From: Iphione sp. A-MEVVRFRX5
Taxonomy: Eukaryota
Direction: 5' to 3'
Assembly (NCBI GenBank): GCA_976226885.1
Contig: OZ320319.1
Span: 20,336,001-20,400,000 of the forward strand
DNA: 64,000 nt
The notes under the pieces were generated by a model. It was not told the DNA's origin, searched no databases, and saw only the letters and a list, made by a program, of their open reading frames with translations. Position 1 is the stretch's first letter. Each line of letters starts with the position of its first letter. The position numbers and the translations under genes were made by a program. Of the stretch, positions 37,915 to 52,369 are shown one piece after another.

Positions 37915-38929
37915 CTGGACGGAGGAGAAATACAAAAACTGTTTAAAGTCACTTGTGTACATGTATACAGAATTAGTTCTTAACCCCTGTATCACGACAG
38001 AATCTTGGGTCAGCCTGTCATCTCATGTGGGTTGCCAGGGTTCTTTCTTTTTTCTTTTGTATCTATGATGATTACAGTTGGTTATGGGTCAGCAAGCTAT
38101 CATTGTAAACCATAATCCGGGTCGCCCCTGAAAAAGGTTAAGAACCCTTGCTAAGCAGGCATAACCCGACCTTAATGCATTTCTCATTTCACTTCATAGT
38201 TTGAACTTTCATTTTTAGAAGTAGCAAGAAATTCAATACATTCTGACTAATCAAGTGGCCTTGGACCATAAAGTCTACAGAAATGGCCAATTTTGTTATC
38301 GAAAAAGAGATTTCCCTCTCAGTAGATTCGTCAATAGAAGTATACCCATAGACTGAAGGTTCGACGAGTTGGCAGAGCCTCTTGCAGTGGAAATAAGGTA
38401 TGGTGGTATGGTGCAAATTTCCTTAAAGACTAACAATGGTTTTATTACTTACAAAATGTCAATTATCTTTTTTAAATAATAAATTGTATATTAACCCTTT
38501 GGGATCAGGCAGTGCCTTGAGACACTAACCTATGGAACAAGGCAGTACCATAACCCTTTCTAGACCTGGTAAAAAAAAATTCCACAGTGATTCGATTTAC
38601 TTTCTCTGCCTGCATTGACCCTTCGCAGCATGGCTCAAAAGCAAGTTACCATGTGATTTTTTTACACTTTCTTCTACTATGTCTCAAAATAACGCATTCT
38701 GATTGGAGGCGTGCATATTGTGACGTCACAAAAGGTAAACCATACTGAGGTGTACATTTTTTAAACCACCCCGCGATAGATCAAACAGCAAATCAGATTT
38801 AACTACTGAGATGACACCTTAATAAGAAGCAAGGAAATCGAACTTTAATTGAGCATTTTTTGTAACTTTCTGTGGGTTGCCGTGGTAACAGGACTGAGCT
38901 AAGACAGGCTGGTGATCGGGCTAGTCTAC

Positions 38930-39043
38930 CTTGAAATTGTGAGAGATTTCGGTCGCTCCAGTTGTAGCTGCTGGCAATGCGGATGCTGTCTTTCAAATTG
39001 TCGAGATTTTGCAGCCACTCGAGCGAGCTCTGCAACTGTGTCC
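38930..39043 (-). CDS. FOXJ3: FoxJ2/3 exon (LKDSIRIASSYNWSDRNLSQFQ)
   Basis: ttttgcag|GG ... G|gtagac; resembles, from recall, FOXJ3 [22 protein letters not shown]. Confidence 0.92.
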
Positions 39044-39996
39044 CTGCAAAAGACATTACAACAGTACTGCAATCGTTATTCCTTCTGTATTAAAGAAAAC
39101 ACATCCCACTGAAGTATAAACAATGAACTTTACAAATGTATATGCATACACGCATACACGTTGTTAAGGACTATTATTATCATTCAAGCAGTAGACCTTG
39201 TCTCTTTCTCTTTTGTCTTTTAGACAACACAAGCTTTTGCATCCACATGTAAATATATCTACAGTGTAGTATTTTAGTGTCGGAGGACGAGACCAGGTGG
39301 CAGCACCAGTAGTGGCGGAAACATGCAAAGCAACAGGCACAGCAAGCAGGTATCCTTTGGGGGGTGGGTGATGGCAGGGGCAAGGGGGGACAAGGAACCG
39401 GTAACAAGTGCAGGTGCGGCAGCATGGTTCATGTGAGCAAATAAGCTACAAACAAAAAAAATATTCCGATGATACACGTAGGCTATTAACGCTCCTCTAC
39501 GGAACACCTCTACACAGGTGGCATGTGTCAAGGGGCACTCTCCGGGCTCTTCACTTGTGGTTAAGCTGGCTGTATATACACACAGAGAGCACTGACCACA
39601 GCCAGACCTCAGCTACCCTTCTTCTGGGAACAGATGCACTCGGCCCACACCGGCTGTTTCGTTATCCATTGATGGTACTTCTACTGGATTCTTTCCCCAA
39701 CTGCATTTTGACGTGGTACGAACTTCTGGCTGTTAACGTTATTCTCTTCTCCACAAGCAGGATTTTCAACCCAATCTGGGAGTCCTCCGTTATGCACATG
39801 GGGATCGTTGTGGGAGCCAGGGCCTACATCAACCCTCCCCGCGGTGCTGAGTGCTGAGGGGGGCGAGTTCCAAAATATCACCCTTCACCGGTAGGGGGCA
39901 GCAAAGCAGCAACAACAAAGTGGGTGGTACGAGGGTATGCACAACAGTCTAAGCCAAATCGCTTTCAGCATGCGTAAAAACTTAACGCTAACCTAC

Positions 39997-40308
39997 CCAT
40001 TGGACCTGACTGAGGTTGACCTTGACCTGAATAACCTTGGGAGTGACCTTGATGTTGACTTTGCCTGGAGGTCACTTGTGGGCTGGTCCCATTAACATGA
40101 TTAGGGAGAGAAATTGGGGGTGCACCACCCGTAGCACCACCACCATTGACACCACCACCTTGTTGGTGGGGGTGGTGGTGGTGGTGGTTGGACCCAGCCT
40201 GCTGATGCTGGTTTTGGTGGTGGTGGTGGTGGTGATGGTGGTGGTGGTGTTGTTGATGTTGATGTTGTTGATGGTGGTGGTGGTGTTGGAGTAAGCTTGT
40301 AAGGCCAC
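39997..40308 (-). CDS. FOXJ3: FoxJ2/3 exon with poly-His/Gln tract
   Basis: tgtttag|GT ... G|gtaggt; phase 1/1 fits both neighbouring exons. Confidence 0.85.
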
Positions 40309-40758
40309 CTAAACAAATCATATAGTAGTGGGTAGGGCTTGTAACCAAGAGAAACAGAAAAAGGAGCTGGAATCACGGCATTCATAGGGTACAGAGGGTA
40401 AACCCAAACACAGGGTGAATGCATACATGTCTGTCGTTGTCTTCAAACCAAATCATCGCCTTTTTCATTATTTCAGGGAAAATCATCTCAAACGGAGGAG
40501 GAAAAGACTCGTGTTTGTGGCTTAATGAAATACAGAGGGACAAATATGCATTCAGTGTCATATTAAATGAAGTATTAATGAAACAAGTGTAACTATTAAC
40601 TTAAATAAACAATATTGATTTTAAGATCAAACTGTTAGCCTGATTAAATGCTAGATAGGAAAGACTGGCTGGTACTTGGTGGAGGGGCTAGGTAAGATCC
40701 AATCTATTGTAGAAAGGGCCTTAGCGGATACTTTGAAATCGGTTCTTCTACTTAAATA

Positions 40759-40967
40759 CAGGTATACCTCTGTTAACGAAACCTCTGACAACGGAGCTTC
40801 TCTATGCCGCAAGTACACACCTCCCCTTCTAAGATCACGGTAAAAACTACAAGGGCTCAGACTGAGTCAGATAGACAATACACATGTACTACACCGCTGA
40901 TGATGAAGTTTCTGACAACGAAGTACGTCCACAGAATGCGTCCGGTTCGTTAACAGAGGTGCATCTG
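40759..40967. mobile_element. Tc1/mariner (pogo/Tigger-like) MITE, 209 bp
   Basis: TA on both flanks; 22-bp TIR CAG.T..ACCTCTGTTAACGAA with 3 mismatches. Confidence 0.78.
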
Positions 40968-43427
40968 TATAAACAGCCCATTACCAGGATCATTACGGCT
41001 AGGACGACCTGTAATAGTCTATGATGGGTGAGGAATTCTATTTGAATCGCTAAATCACGACGGCCCCCGAGGGAAGTACATGTAAAGCCATCTGCATTTC
41101 AGTATAAAATGTCATTCCGTTCGTCCAACAACAACACAAATCCAGAAGGATACGCGTCTGAAAACTTCCAACAGCGATTTTTTTTAAAGCTGTTCAACGA
41201 CTGGGAACCTGAGTGCGGATGAACGCTCGCTCTCCTGAAAATTTAAATTATCACCTAACCTCTCCGTCATAACCGCAAAAAAAAACACAGAAGAAAACAG
41301 CCCGGTGGGATCAGGAGGCAGCTGAAGACGGAGGAGGGAGTATCTTACAAAGACGATCATAACCCTTCAGTCAAACTAAAGGGAGGGGGGAAAATCACTT
41401 CTTCGCTTGACTGACATATAAAAGAATGACTCCACAAGACAATTCAGAGTAAAAAAAAATAATCCTACTTGCCCAGTGGGCAGGCCGAGGGAAAAACCCC
41501 CAAAGAATCAATGCAAATCTAAACCTTTCTTTGTAATCGGCATTGAGTTGAGCTTTACTCTCGGAACAAAACTTAACTTCTCAAGACTCAACACTGAGGC
41601 AATTCGTAATACTTTTTCTCGTAATATGTCTGTATGGCAGCAGCATGATAGCTGATGTTCACAGTAAAAGGTACACGCAAGGTATTGCATAACGCGGGGA
41701 AGTGTCCTGTCAATATACAGAGGATTACCGGCTTGCCTTATCAACAGAGCTTCCAACGTATGACAGGTCTTCGTAACACCGGCCCCGGATTTGACTCTGC
41801 TCGGGGAAGATAACACTACTTGGTTTCTATTCGCAGGGGCTTGTGACGAACCCAGGTATGATTGACTCACGAGGGAGAAAATCTGCCATATTGTCCATCT
41901 GTTTATTTCGAGCTGAGTGACAAACCAGGCCAAATGCTTAACGGGAGGGCAGTATGGCCTACAGGTCACTCACTCTCTATCGTAGCCGATGGTTTCCCCA
42001 GACCCGTTACAAAGCAATGTTTTGCCTATATTTTCGAATCTATCACGAAAATAACACTCACTGGTCATCAATATAATCACATCCGTATATAATCCAAGCA
42101 AAAAGAGTACTGTGGTAGTTTGTGGGGATTTGCCAAATTGTCTCTGTGAAGACAGCGACCTGGTCTGGTCACTTAATCCTAGTGAAAGTAACTTACAATT
42201 TATGACGTCCTTAGAACGGCCCCATTCAGAGGGGGGGGGGGTGGAGCTGGGGTAGTGGGAGGGGCTGGGTGGCCTACTGGTAAACACTAGAATATGAGAC
42301 AGAAGACCTGTCACGACTCAGTCTCTGGCTTTCCAAAAGAAGCAAAAATTAGAAATGATGGACTACCCAATGAACTATGGATGCGAGACCACCGATGATG
42401 AGTCACAGCACAGAATGAACGGACCTAATAACTTCAAAGCTGCTCTGGCTTCTCAACCAGAGGTGCCAGTCAGAGGGAGGGAGGGGGGGCGGTTCAAGGG
42501 GACACTCCCAATTTTAATAGATGGGAACACAGCGATAAGTTACATCATGTGAGATAGAAAACCACCAGTGAGTCACAGGACAGGACTGACTTGGACAGGT
42601 GACTACGATAAAAGGTAGGCACGGAGCACACTGTGATCGAGCGGAATTAGCACTGTACAGCAAGCATCCACACCACTCTGCCACAGGAGGACTGGGAGTC
42701 ACAGTGAGAGCAGCTCAGGGAAAGAGAGACCGACTAACAACTCTCCTTCTCTCCCACTTTCGCTATTCCTTTCACACTCTCCATCACTCAGTCATCACTC
42801 CATCGCCTCATCTCTCGCTTCCTGCCTCTTTCTCTCTCTCCCTCTTCCTCTCTCTGTGTCTCTCTGTCTGTCTCTCTACTTGCCTGCTTCTATATACCTT
42901 ACTCTGTCTCTCCTCTATCAATGTCTTTCTCCTCTATATCTTTTGTTCTAATTTTGCATCTCTCTNNNNNNNNNNNNNNNNNNNNNNNNNNNNNNNNNNN
43001 NNNNNNNNNNNNNNNNNNNNNNNNNNNNNNNNNNNNNNNNNNNNNNNNNNNNNNNNNNNNNNNNNNNNNNNNNNNNNNNNNNNNNNNNNNNNNNNNNNNN
43101 NNNNNNNNNNNNNNNNNNNNNNNNNNNNNNNNTACCTGAGGGTGCCATACTGGATTGGCCATTGGGAACGGAGGCGGTGTTGAAACTGTTGCTCAGTCCT
43201 CCTCCTAGAGTCCCAAAGACAACAGGATATCGGCTTAAGACCAGCACATCATACAATGGAAGCAAAATGGATTCACTAATCAAAACACTCATTAACTCTT
43301 TCTCAAAAATCGTGTTGTCTCTTTCTCTGTGTATTGCTAGCTCTCTTCCTCGCTCTATCTCTATATTGTATTTTTTACTCTTTGTTCTTCGATCTGTCCT
43401 CGGTCAATCTGTCTCTGTGTGTCTGTG

Positions 43428-43459
<32 letters not shown>

Positions 43460-43992
43460 AGTCACTCTCTTTCACTTCGCTTCTTTTTTTCTGTTTCTGT
43501 CTAGTTAAAAGTACGTCTCGAATAGATGCAATTTGCACGGTTCAGATTCTGACTGCTTTATCTGTCTGTCTTTGTCCCTATCTTGTTTGTTGTTCTTTTC
43601 CCCGCGCTTACTCTTTGTATCTCCAGTCTTTTTAACACATCCATCTTCGCCTTTCTTCTTCTCTTCATCCCCCCTCCCCCCCTTTCCTGTTGTGTACTTG
43701 ACAAGACACACTTAGATGTCAAAGCTTGCAACAAGTTTACTATTTTCAAAAGCTGCCCTTCTCTCTACTGAGTACGTATACGGGACTGACGAGAGGACGA
43801 ACCGATACAGGGGCACCACCGCGGGACATGAGAACCAGGCATATATCACTCCTTACACCACACAACCGACCCTTTACTCTGGTATCCTAAAAGGGACGAA
43901 CACCGTGGGTGGGCGGACACATAGTAAAGCACCCTTAGTTCGTACTGCGACGGGTCAGTACTATATAGGTGGTGGTGAGGGGGATGATTTAC

Positions 43993-44089
43993 CTTGATTG
44001 GATTCAAAGACTGACTTGTAGAGGCTGCGAAATGATTCACTCAGATCACAGAAGGCGGGGTTCTGGTCGACAAACGACGCAGTGGCAGC
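43993..44089 (-). CDS. FOXJ3: FoxJ2/3 exon (DLSESFRSLYKSVFE)
   Basis: cctccag|GCT ... G|gtaaat; motif DLSxSFRSLYKSVFE recognised from FOXJ2/3. Confidence 0.9.
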
Positions 44090-44366
44090 CTGGAGGAGGT
44101 AAAAAAAATATATATATAACAATAACCTTATCCTCACCTTTACAAGCACGCATTCTGGTCAAACACTATCCATAAAGAAAGCACTTTTTTGTGACACAAC
44201 TGTTAAAAGGAAGGAGGTTTAGGAATGTATCAACACATGTATACGTATTTTTTTTATCAATATTGCGTTCAGCTTATTACTAATTGAATTCACTTTCATT
44301 GAATGTTTACGTCATACATTCTACACCTTTTAGGAGTGGAATGTGAGGGGAAAGGTGAGCAGTCAC

Positions 44367-44495
44367 CTGCTGTGATGAGGGCGGCATGCCGGCGAGGGCG
44401 GGGCTGTGTTGTTGCACCAACGACGTGGTGAGGGTCTGTGAGTTGATGGTGGTCGCCGAGCTGACCAGGTTCACGTCTGGACTGTACGGTGACGA
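44367..44495 (-). CDS. FOXJ3: FoxJ2/3 exon (SSPYSPDV...SSQQ)
   Basis: ttttgcag|TCG ... CAG|gtgact; 43 codons, phase 0/0; S/T/Q-rich. Confidence 0.82.
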
Positions 44496-44780
44496 CTGCA
44501 AAACATACAACACAATATACAAGTTATTGGTGATGCATTGAGAAAACTGTAGGATGACGACTGCAAAAAAAAAAAAAGAAAGAAAAAGACACTAAATACA
44601 AGTTATCAGTAATGCATCAAGAAAACTGTAGGGTGCCGACTGTATAAAACAACATGAAATACAAGTTATCAGTAATGCATCAGAGACAACCATTGGGTGC
44701 CGACTGTATAAAACAACATGAAATATATGTTATCAGTAATGCATCAGAGACAACTGTAGGGTGACGACTGCAAAACAACA
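44485..44780. repeat. Degenerate tandem repeat (about 62-75 bp unit) overlapping a FoxJ3 splice acceptor
   Basis: Repeats of gacgactgcaaaac...tacaagttatcagtaatgcatca.ga.aactgtagggt, 4-5 copies. Confidence 0.8.
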
Positions 44781-44955
44781 GAATGAAAGACAGGGAAGGG
44801 GACCTATGAGGTCTAATGTCCCCCAATAGCCATACAATCAAGTGTGGCCAATCAGATCTGCCTAGATGAGCAGACTATTACAAAGCTTCACGTCCTGAAA
44901 TCTATAAACTGACTGACTGACACACTGTGACTGTGACTGTGACTGTGACTGTGAC

Positions 44956-44996
<41 letters not shown>

Positions 44997-47900
44997 CGCG
45001 CTACCACATATTAAAACACATTAACTTGACTTCTGAACCACTTGGAATTACGACCTTTAAACTTTACACTTTGGCCTGACTGCCACTGATGAAATAGTTG
45101 TTCGCATACTTCAGCATGAAAAGGAAAGGGCCAACACACATAGATCAGTGACTATAGAGACTTGCCAACAGAGACGACCTTGATGAAGACATCTTGATAA
45201 GAAGCATGAAGAATTACGGTGATTTCAAAGTTAAATATTTATACACATAATACACAACCAATCACGGCTCATCATGTCATCACCATATGCAAACAGTACA
45301 CGTGGATTAGTGGATAGTCCAAAAAAAAATATGAATATTTCTATACGACAGATTTTCGTTCACAAACGTTACGGAGTCCTTTTCACATGAGTAGGTTAGA
45401 CGTGTTATGGAACAGAGGGCAGTGTCCCAACTTCAGGACACAACAACAACAATATACAGTTCATACAGGAATGATTACAAACAACAAAGACACGTCCACA
45501 AAATGCGTTCTCCTGGCAGAGTAATTACAAAATCAAAGACGGAATATCCATTCCAACGACAGCTCCTTCCTCAGACATTAATACCTTATAATACATGTGT
45601 TAAATGAACTTGTCCAGTCAGGTACAGAAACGACTCTATTGAGAATAGAAAAGAAACCACGAAGCCAAATTTATGGCAAGTACTATATAATGATATGGAT
45701 TGGACTCGACCGCATTTCTTCTGGTACTATATATACCTCCACTGTCCTAATCAATGTTTCATAAGAGCTAAGTTTACAAGAACGTCATAAGGATGAGCGG
45801 CCACATTCCATTATCCTGATCATTGTAAAAACTACGTAAATATTTCATGCCGTTCTATTCTCAGATACTCCTGCATTAACTGTAATTTATATGGCTCAGG
45901 AAATGGTCAGTGTAATTCTCTCACTGTCTGTGTCTGCCTCTTGCTCCCCTCTTGTCTCTGTCTGATCTATCTGCAAATATCTCTTTCCGTGTTTTTCTAA
46001 TTTTTTTTGTCGAAGCATCTACCCTAACTAACTACTAATTATGATGCAGACATAAGCTGCACCACAGAAATCAGACAGACATACAGACACGAGACCTAAC
46101 CTCCACAGGGAGCCCCGACAGAACACTCCCTCTGTGCACTGTCACCCCTGCCATCCGTCAGGTTATACCTTCCCCTTCGGCTCCTCCTTCCCTCATCCCT
46201 CCGTTTCTTGTCTACTGAATACCATGTAAACCCCGCTTCACTTTCTACCAAGGTTCTAATCTTCCAGAGCTACTACCTCTTCCGTCGCTATCTTTATCCG
46301 TTCCTGTGAGATAACGTACCACCTCAGACATCAAAGAGCCACTTAGGCGACCGACAGTGGATCTCAACCCGCTGTGGGTAAGCTCTATTGGACTGTTAAG
46401 TCATGTTTAAGCTCTAACTGTTGAACTAATATGCTATGGTTAAGGTCTGACTGTTGGACTGGTAAGCTATGTTTTAGCTGTACATAACTGCTGGACTGGT
46501 AAGCAGCTGAAACAGCTGCTACATAGTCATCATCTAGTTAGCTGATACACTGCACACAGTACACACACAAACAAAAACACACATACACGAATGTCAGGGA
46601 CGACTGGGAATGGGGGGTGTGGCGGTTACGGGGGACCACCTGGTAATTTCAAAGAGAACTGCCTTTCAAGAGATCATTACAGGTAGCATCACAGACACCT
46701 AGCCCCTCCCTGGGTCGTCACATCGTCACTCCACCCTCGCAGAGGTCGAAGGGCGGCCCTTCACGGTAGTACTTGAAGGCACCACAAGATAGAGCCAGCA
46801 CTAAGGTTGGACTCGCACGCTTCCTATAGTTCGCCTTGAGGGGGGTATTGACTTTAGTATCAGTATCGATGGCCTTGTCGGTGCTCGCTTCGTACACAGA
46901 CCGTCTGTGCGTCTAGCAGGTTGGGTAATTTACAAGCGCTTTGTGATCACTTTCATTTGTTTGTGTTTCGTAGATTCATGTAGTCATGATGTGATGCTTC
47001 GATTTTCACAAAAAAATGCATGCTATAATTATGATATTCGTTATTGACATCTCATGACTGGTTGTTTAGATCCAGTATCTTTATTTAAGGAAGTCTGAGG
47101 AATCTGATCCAATCTCCATTGTTAATCATTCTTTCGATGTTTTCTGCGCTTGAAAAGGTAAGCATTCCTTGCTTATTTAAGTTCATTATTCTTCTCTTCT
47201 AATAATCACAAACCACAAGCTTCTGAGTGTCTGAAGCTGAAAGTTATTACTCAGGCTGCTGCTCTACAAAAGTTGTCGAAATAATATTTTCCAGATTTTT
47301 CTTTTATTTATATACACCGAGAGGCGACTGTGATGTCAGGCATTCCTACTCGCAATCACGTCTTCTCCATGTAGGAAAGATACTCCCACTATTCATCCTG
47401 CCCTTGTTATCATTTCGACAGAGAAGCACGTCCTCCATCATGTCAGTGTGAAGGGAAGATATTAGTGTGTTAAAAACATATACAGGTACAGGGAGAGGTA
47501 TACGTTTGCCATATACATATATGTGTGTGTGTACACGTCCAGTTAGTCTCTTAGAGGGAAAGGGTTCATATCATCCAAACTTGCCTGAAAGTCTGACCGC
47601 CGAACGTGGTGCTCGTCTTCCTCCCTAGGGGGCTCTCCGTACCACTGAGGGGGTCAAAGGTAAAGATCAAATAAAATAAGAATGAAAAAAAAAGGGGTAC
47701 GCCTCGTTGGTACAGCAGAGTCACTTCTATCAACAAAATCTAAGGATCAAAGTGCAAACAAAAAGGGCCTATTCTGATTAAAGGTCACTGAATAGATATG
47801 AAAAATAAACAAATATTCTATATCGTAACTGCTGATATTAACTTGGTGTCAATAGCTGTTTACAACAGGAAAAATTATATTTCTGTGAACAGAGAATTTG

Positions 47901-50765
47901 AGAGAATGTAAAACTTGACAGGGATTCTTCTCAGATAGCATGTCCACGTTAAAGTTATCTGAATGACGGTCAACATCTAAAGTAGACACTGCAACGTCTG
48001 CGTTAATCTGTCACCGATAAGAGCTCTCGTTTGTTTAAAAAAAAATGTCACAATGAATATTTTTAACTATTCCAAAACTTCGTACTGGTTATTGATCCTA
48101 TTTTCATCGAAAAGTGCCAACTGCCAAACTAAGTAAGAATGGATGTTTGTGATAACAGAGGATTGGATTGTAAGGTCCCCCCCCCCCACCATAAGGTTGG
48201 GGACAATAGAAGGTAACACAAAGCAAGGAGAATGGCATTAAATGATGATACATGGTATGTACAATGTAACTTACGAGATATGAGGTGTATACTGTTTACG
48301 AAAATGAATTATAGCAGATAGATATACCAAAAATCTTCATACATCTGATGTAGTTGGGATGTCCAAAAATGCAATGTTCTGTCCGTATTGCCACAAGATC
48401 GTTTAGGTTTGTACAAAGCTACAACTAATGAAATCTCTGTCTCTGTTGTAATTGTATTATGCAATATTCCCTGTGTACAATTTCCATCGGAAATCTATGT
48501 TCTTGAGAGGTAGCAGAATTTATAGTTCTGTTAGACCATACCAAGTCACTATACTCTTGGTGTGATCTGTATGATCTGATAAACCACTTGAATAGCTCTG
48601 AGTTTACACTGTGGCACAAAAGAACCCTACAACGTTTTCAAGGGTATATGCACATATTTATTGAGTTTGACTAGCATTTAGGTGTTCGTGTAGAAAGTCC
48701 TGTTTATGGCTGCACTTCTAGTGATCAAATCCCTTTCAAACTGCGCACAGTTGTAGAAATAAACTTCTAACCATGATGTGGCCAAGTTGCACAGACGTAC
48801 GCCACTTATTACGACAGCAGACAGTTACACAAGATGAAAACCCGTTTTCTGTTATCGTCTCCCTTGTTAAAAAAAAAAAATCTACACCGTATATCCAAAT
48901 GACCTCCTTCTCATGCATTTTTGTCTCAGATATAAATTTCATTCAGATATCGAATTGTGGCCCGAGGTCACTGAACAACCTCAGCTATCCAAGGGGGTCC
49001 CGAGGGTCTCCTTCAAAGTGAAACACAGCAAGAAAATCATCAAAGACCTGTTGTGGTCCATCCAGTTGTTGAGGGGAGCGTTCTTGGTTCAAGCGAACTC
49101 TTTAATTGTACCCATCAACGAGAGGGCCGTCGACCAATGAAAATACGCTATTTCTACGACATTCGTGTAAAATGTAAGAATTCTTTCCGCCACCAGCGAT
49201 GGGTCAATTAAAGTCAATATAGGAGCACCTTGGGTGCATAAACAGTAGCAGAATGAAGTCGTCAGCATTCATCTGGATAATGAATACTGACTACACAGAA
49301 TTTCATTCAAGTATGATGACTAACCACATTCGCATACTGAGTATTCACATATCTGGTTACTTTCACGGTGAAACTTGAAATGGTTAGAGCCAACTCCATT
49401 CAGATATCGCATTCATCCAGCTATCCATGTGTGCAGAGATCGAATCCTGACTGTATACTTATGTCTGTTCACTACCTGTCACATATGAAGAAAATTAATG
49501 CAGGAATATCAGGAGGTACATGAGCATGACTTAATACTTCTAGCCAACCTCTATCTCTCTGAGGGAGAGGGAGGCAGACAAACAGGCAGACAAGCAGACA
49601 GACAGGCAGACGGACAAGCATATAGACAGACAGACAGACAGACAGACAAGCAGGCAGACGGATAGACGCGGACGGACAGACAAGCAGGCAGACAGACAAA
49701 CAGGCAGAGACAGACAAACAAGCAGACAGACGACCAGACAGACAAATAGAGCCACATATCCTCCGAACATCTTTTAGCCTGAACATACATCAATTAACCT
49801 CTGCTCTGCTTGTATCCCTGATATCCAGGAAATCATCGCGGCCCAGCCCTGCAGCCGAGCTACAAGCATATAGCTCACCGTGGAGGGCTTGACAGGTAGC
49901 CACACCCACAGTCCGGTGGATCCATATGGGTCTATTATTTATTCAAGATCTCTTATGCCATAGGAGGAAAGGAATGGTAGTTGGGAGGGGGGATCTTAAT
50001 GGTCCTGGTCTATTTCTACTTCTCCCTGTCTGCTCCACAACCACACCCACGAAACCTCCTAATCACGCTCAGGGTCGTGGCCAACATTATCTTCATAGAT
50101 ACCTAACTCTAACAAAAGATAGCATCATACCTGCTTGTGTGGTCCTAGACAATCAATACATGGGGCCTGGGGTGGAGGCGGCGGGGGGTGGGGCGGAGGA
50201 GCTACAGAAACGTGGCATGCTCCTGTATAACCATTCATTCCCCTGATTATCTATTGGGACATTGTAGGTCTTTCAGCGAACACCTACATCAGTAAGAAAT
50301 CGACAGATTATCAATCTCTGTAAAAATGGGATATATTTCTGAGAAAACAGAAGTTGGCTTTAAAGAGTGTACTCTATAAACTTTATCTCGTCATTATTGT
50401 CAATGATGTATCAATTCTGTGGACTTTAGGACTTTCTGGGAACTTGCACGGCGAGGGCCTAGCTAGTAATGTCAACATCAGTGTTAGGAAAAGTTAAAAT
50501 ACCCCTACCCTGATTTTGAGACAGATGTTCCATAAACCCTCGGTGTAATACTAATGTGTAATAGCATTAAACATCAAATAAGTAACAGATTGAGTCTAAT
50601 AACCAAAATACTGGAAAGAATGCAGGTGACTAGGTTGGGGGAGGGGGAGGGGGGTTAAATGTGATCAGGGGTAAGTAGAAAACATGGAGGCCGGCTGGTC
50701 ACAGAACCCGACCACCGGCCACCGGCTATCAGACACCTTGTTGCTGCAGTGAGGGACTGAGCAAA

Positions 50766-50800
<35 letters not shown>

Positions 50801-52369
50801 TGGAAGGGTTAGCAAAGACAGGCATACTTTGGGATATGAGAGAGCAAGCGAGCNNNNNNNNNNNNNNNNNNNNNNNNNNNNNNNNNNNNNNNNNNNNNNN
50901 NNNNNNNNNNNNNNNNNNNNNNNNNNNNNNNNNNNNNNNNNNNNNNNNNNNNNNNNNNNNNNNNNNNNNNNNNNNNNNNNNNNNNNNNNNNNTATAAAGG
51001 AATTAACGAACTTTAAAATACAATTGGAGAAGTTTTGCTTTTAAAATCTCGATCCTATGAATTCAATGTTGATTCAATTCCACACTTGATCCGTTGGAAT
51101 GTGCACTGCACGAGTTCATTCAAAACACTAACATTATATGTTTCTAATAAAAGACCAGATAACACCGGAGACTAGAGCAGAGGAAGGTCTAGCGTCAAAA
51201 GTGTACACCTCTATATAGAAAGAGACCACAACGGACCGTAAAGGAGACCAGATTTCCCAGGTCCCGCTGGTGATCTCCAAAGCGGCGTCAAGTGTATGCT
51301 TATTTATCCTGAAATTCTAAACATTCAATCTTGGTTCAACAACAACCCTCACAAGGCAACCCATGTCCACGTATATTTCACGATCCTTTCCTGAACAGAA
51401 GAACAGAAGCGAGATCAGGGCGACCAACTTGTAGGCTGGTCACAGGCTGCATGACTTACCACATAAAAAAAAACACCTGCAGAGACACAATGTACTCCGT
51501 GTGTTTATCTCTAATGCATCTTGTCATTATTATTACTATTATTCTGGCATTAGGCGCAGGGGACTGCCCAGGCTCAGGTACTGACCCCGCTGAGGTAAGC
51601 GTCTCCGCTTAGCTCTCCCACCAATTGAACTAATCGATAAGATGCACTGGTCAATAGGTGCAGCTTGCTGTGGATGACGGTGGCGTCGGTGTAGAGCACA
51701 TTGTATTGGGTAGAATCTGACACAAGCTGGTATATCTCTTACACAAGCTACAGCACCAACGCATTGGCAAATACCGGCAATAGCCTTCCAGTAACTGCAA
51801 ATCAGCACTTTCTTAAATTCTATTACATATTTTAACCAAAACAAACTGCGGGAAGGCACATTCNNNNNNNNNNNNNNNNNNNNNNNNNNNNNNNNNNNNN
51901 NNNNNNNNNNNNNNNNNNNNNNNNNNNNNNNNNNNNNNNNNNNNNNNNNNNNNNNNNNNNNNNNNNNNNNNNNNNNNNNNNNNNNNNNNNNNNNNNNNNN
52001 NNNNNNNNNNNNNNNNNNNNNNNNNNNNNNNCACCAAACCGAATTGACAACATGCCCATTGAAGCCCCAGGTTTCTAAAAGAGAGTTTATGGTCTAGAGA
52101 ACGAAGGAGACGTGTAGAGGACAAAGCGCACACGTGCACACGCACACGCACACCCACACGCACGCACGACGCACACACACACACACTCACTCACTCACTC
52201 ACTCACTCACTCACTCACTCTATTCTTCGGAGTGGTGCAACTGGCGCTGACTTGGTGTAAAATGACGTATTATCACCACGCCCAGACTAACAGACCAAGG
52301 CCAACATTTTTTTTGTCTTGGTTGGTTGGTGAGGGAGGGAGGCTGAAGGCTTAGTAAGGAAAATGGTGC

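Noticed and set aside
37977-38150. Short inverted repeat gttcttaacc…ggttaagaac, possible hAT MITE
   Set aside because: Only 10 bp of inverted identity and no 8-bp target duplication identified.
39274-39881. Minus-strand ORFs between FoxJ3 exons as extra exons
   Set aside because: The flanking exons already join in frame (39997->39043), and no convincing acceptor/donor pair or FOXJ similarity was found.
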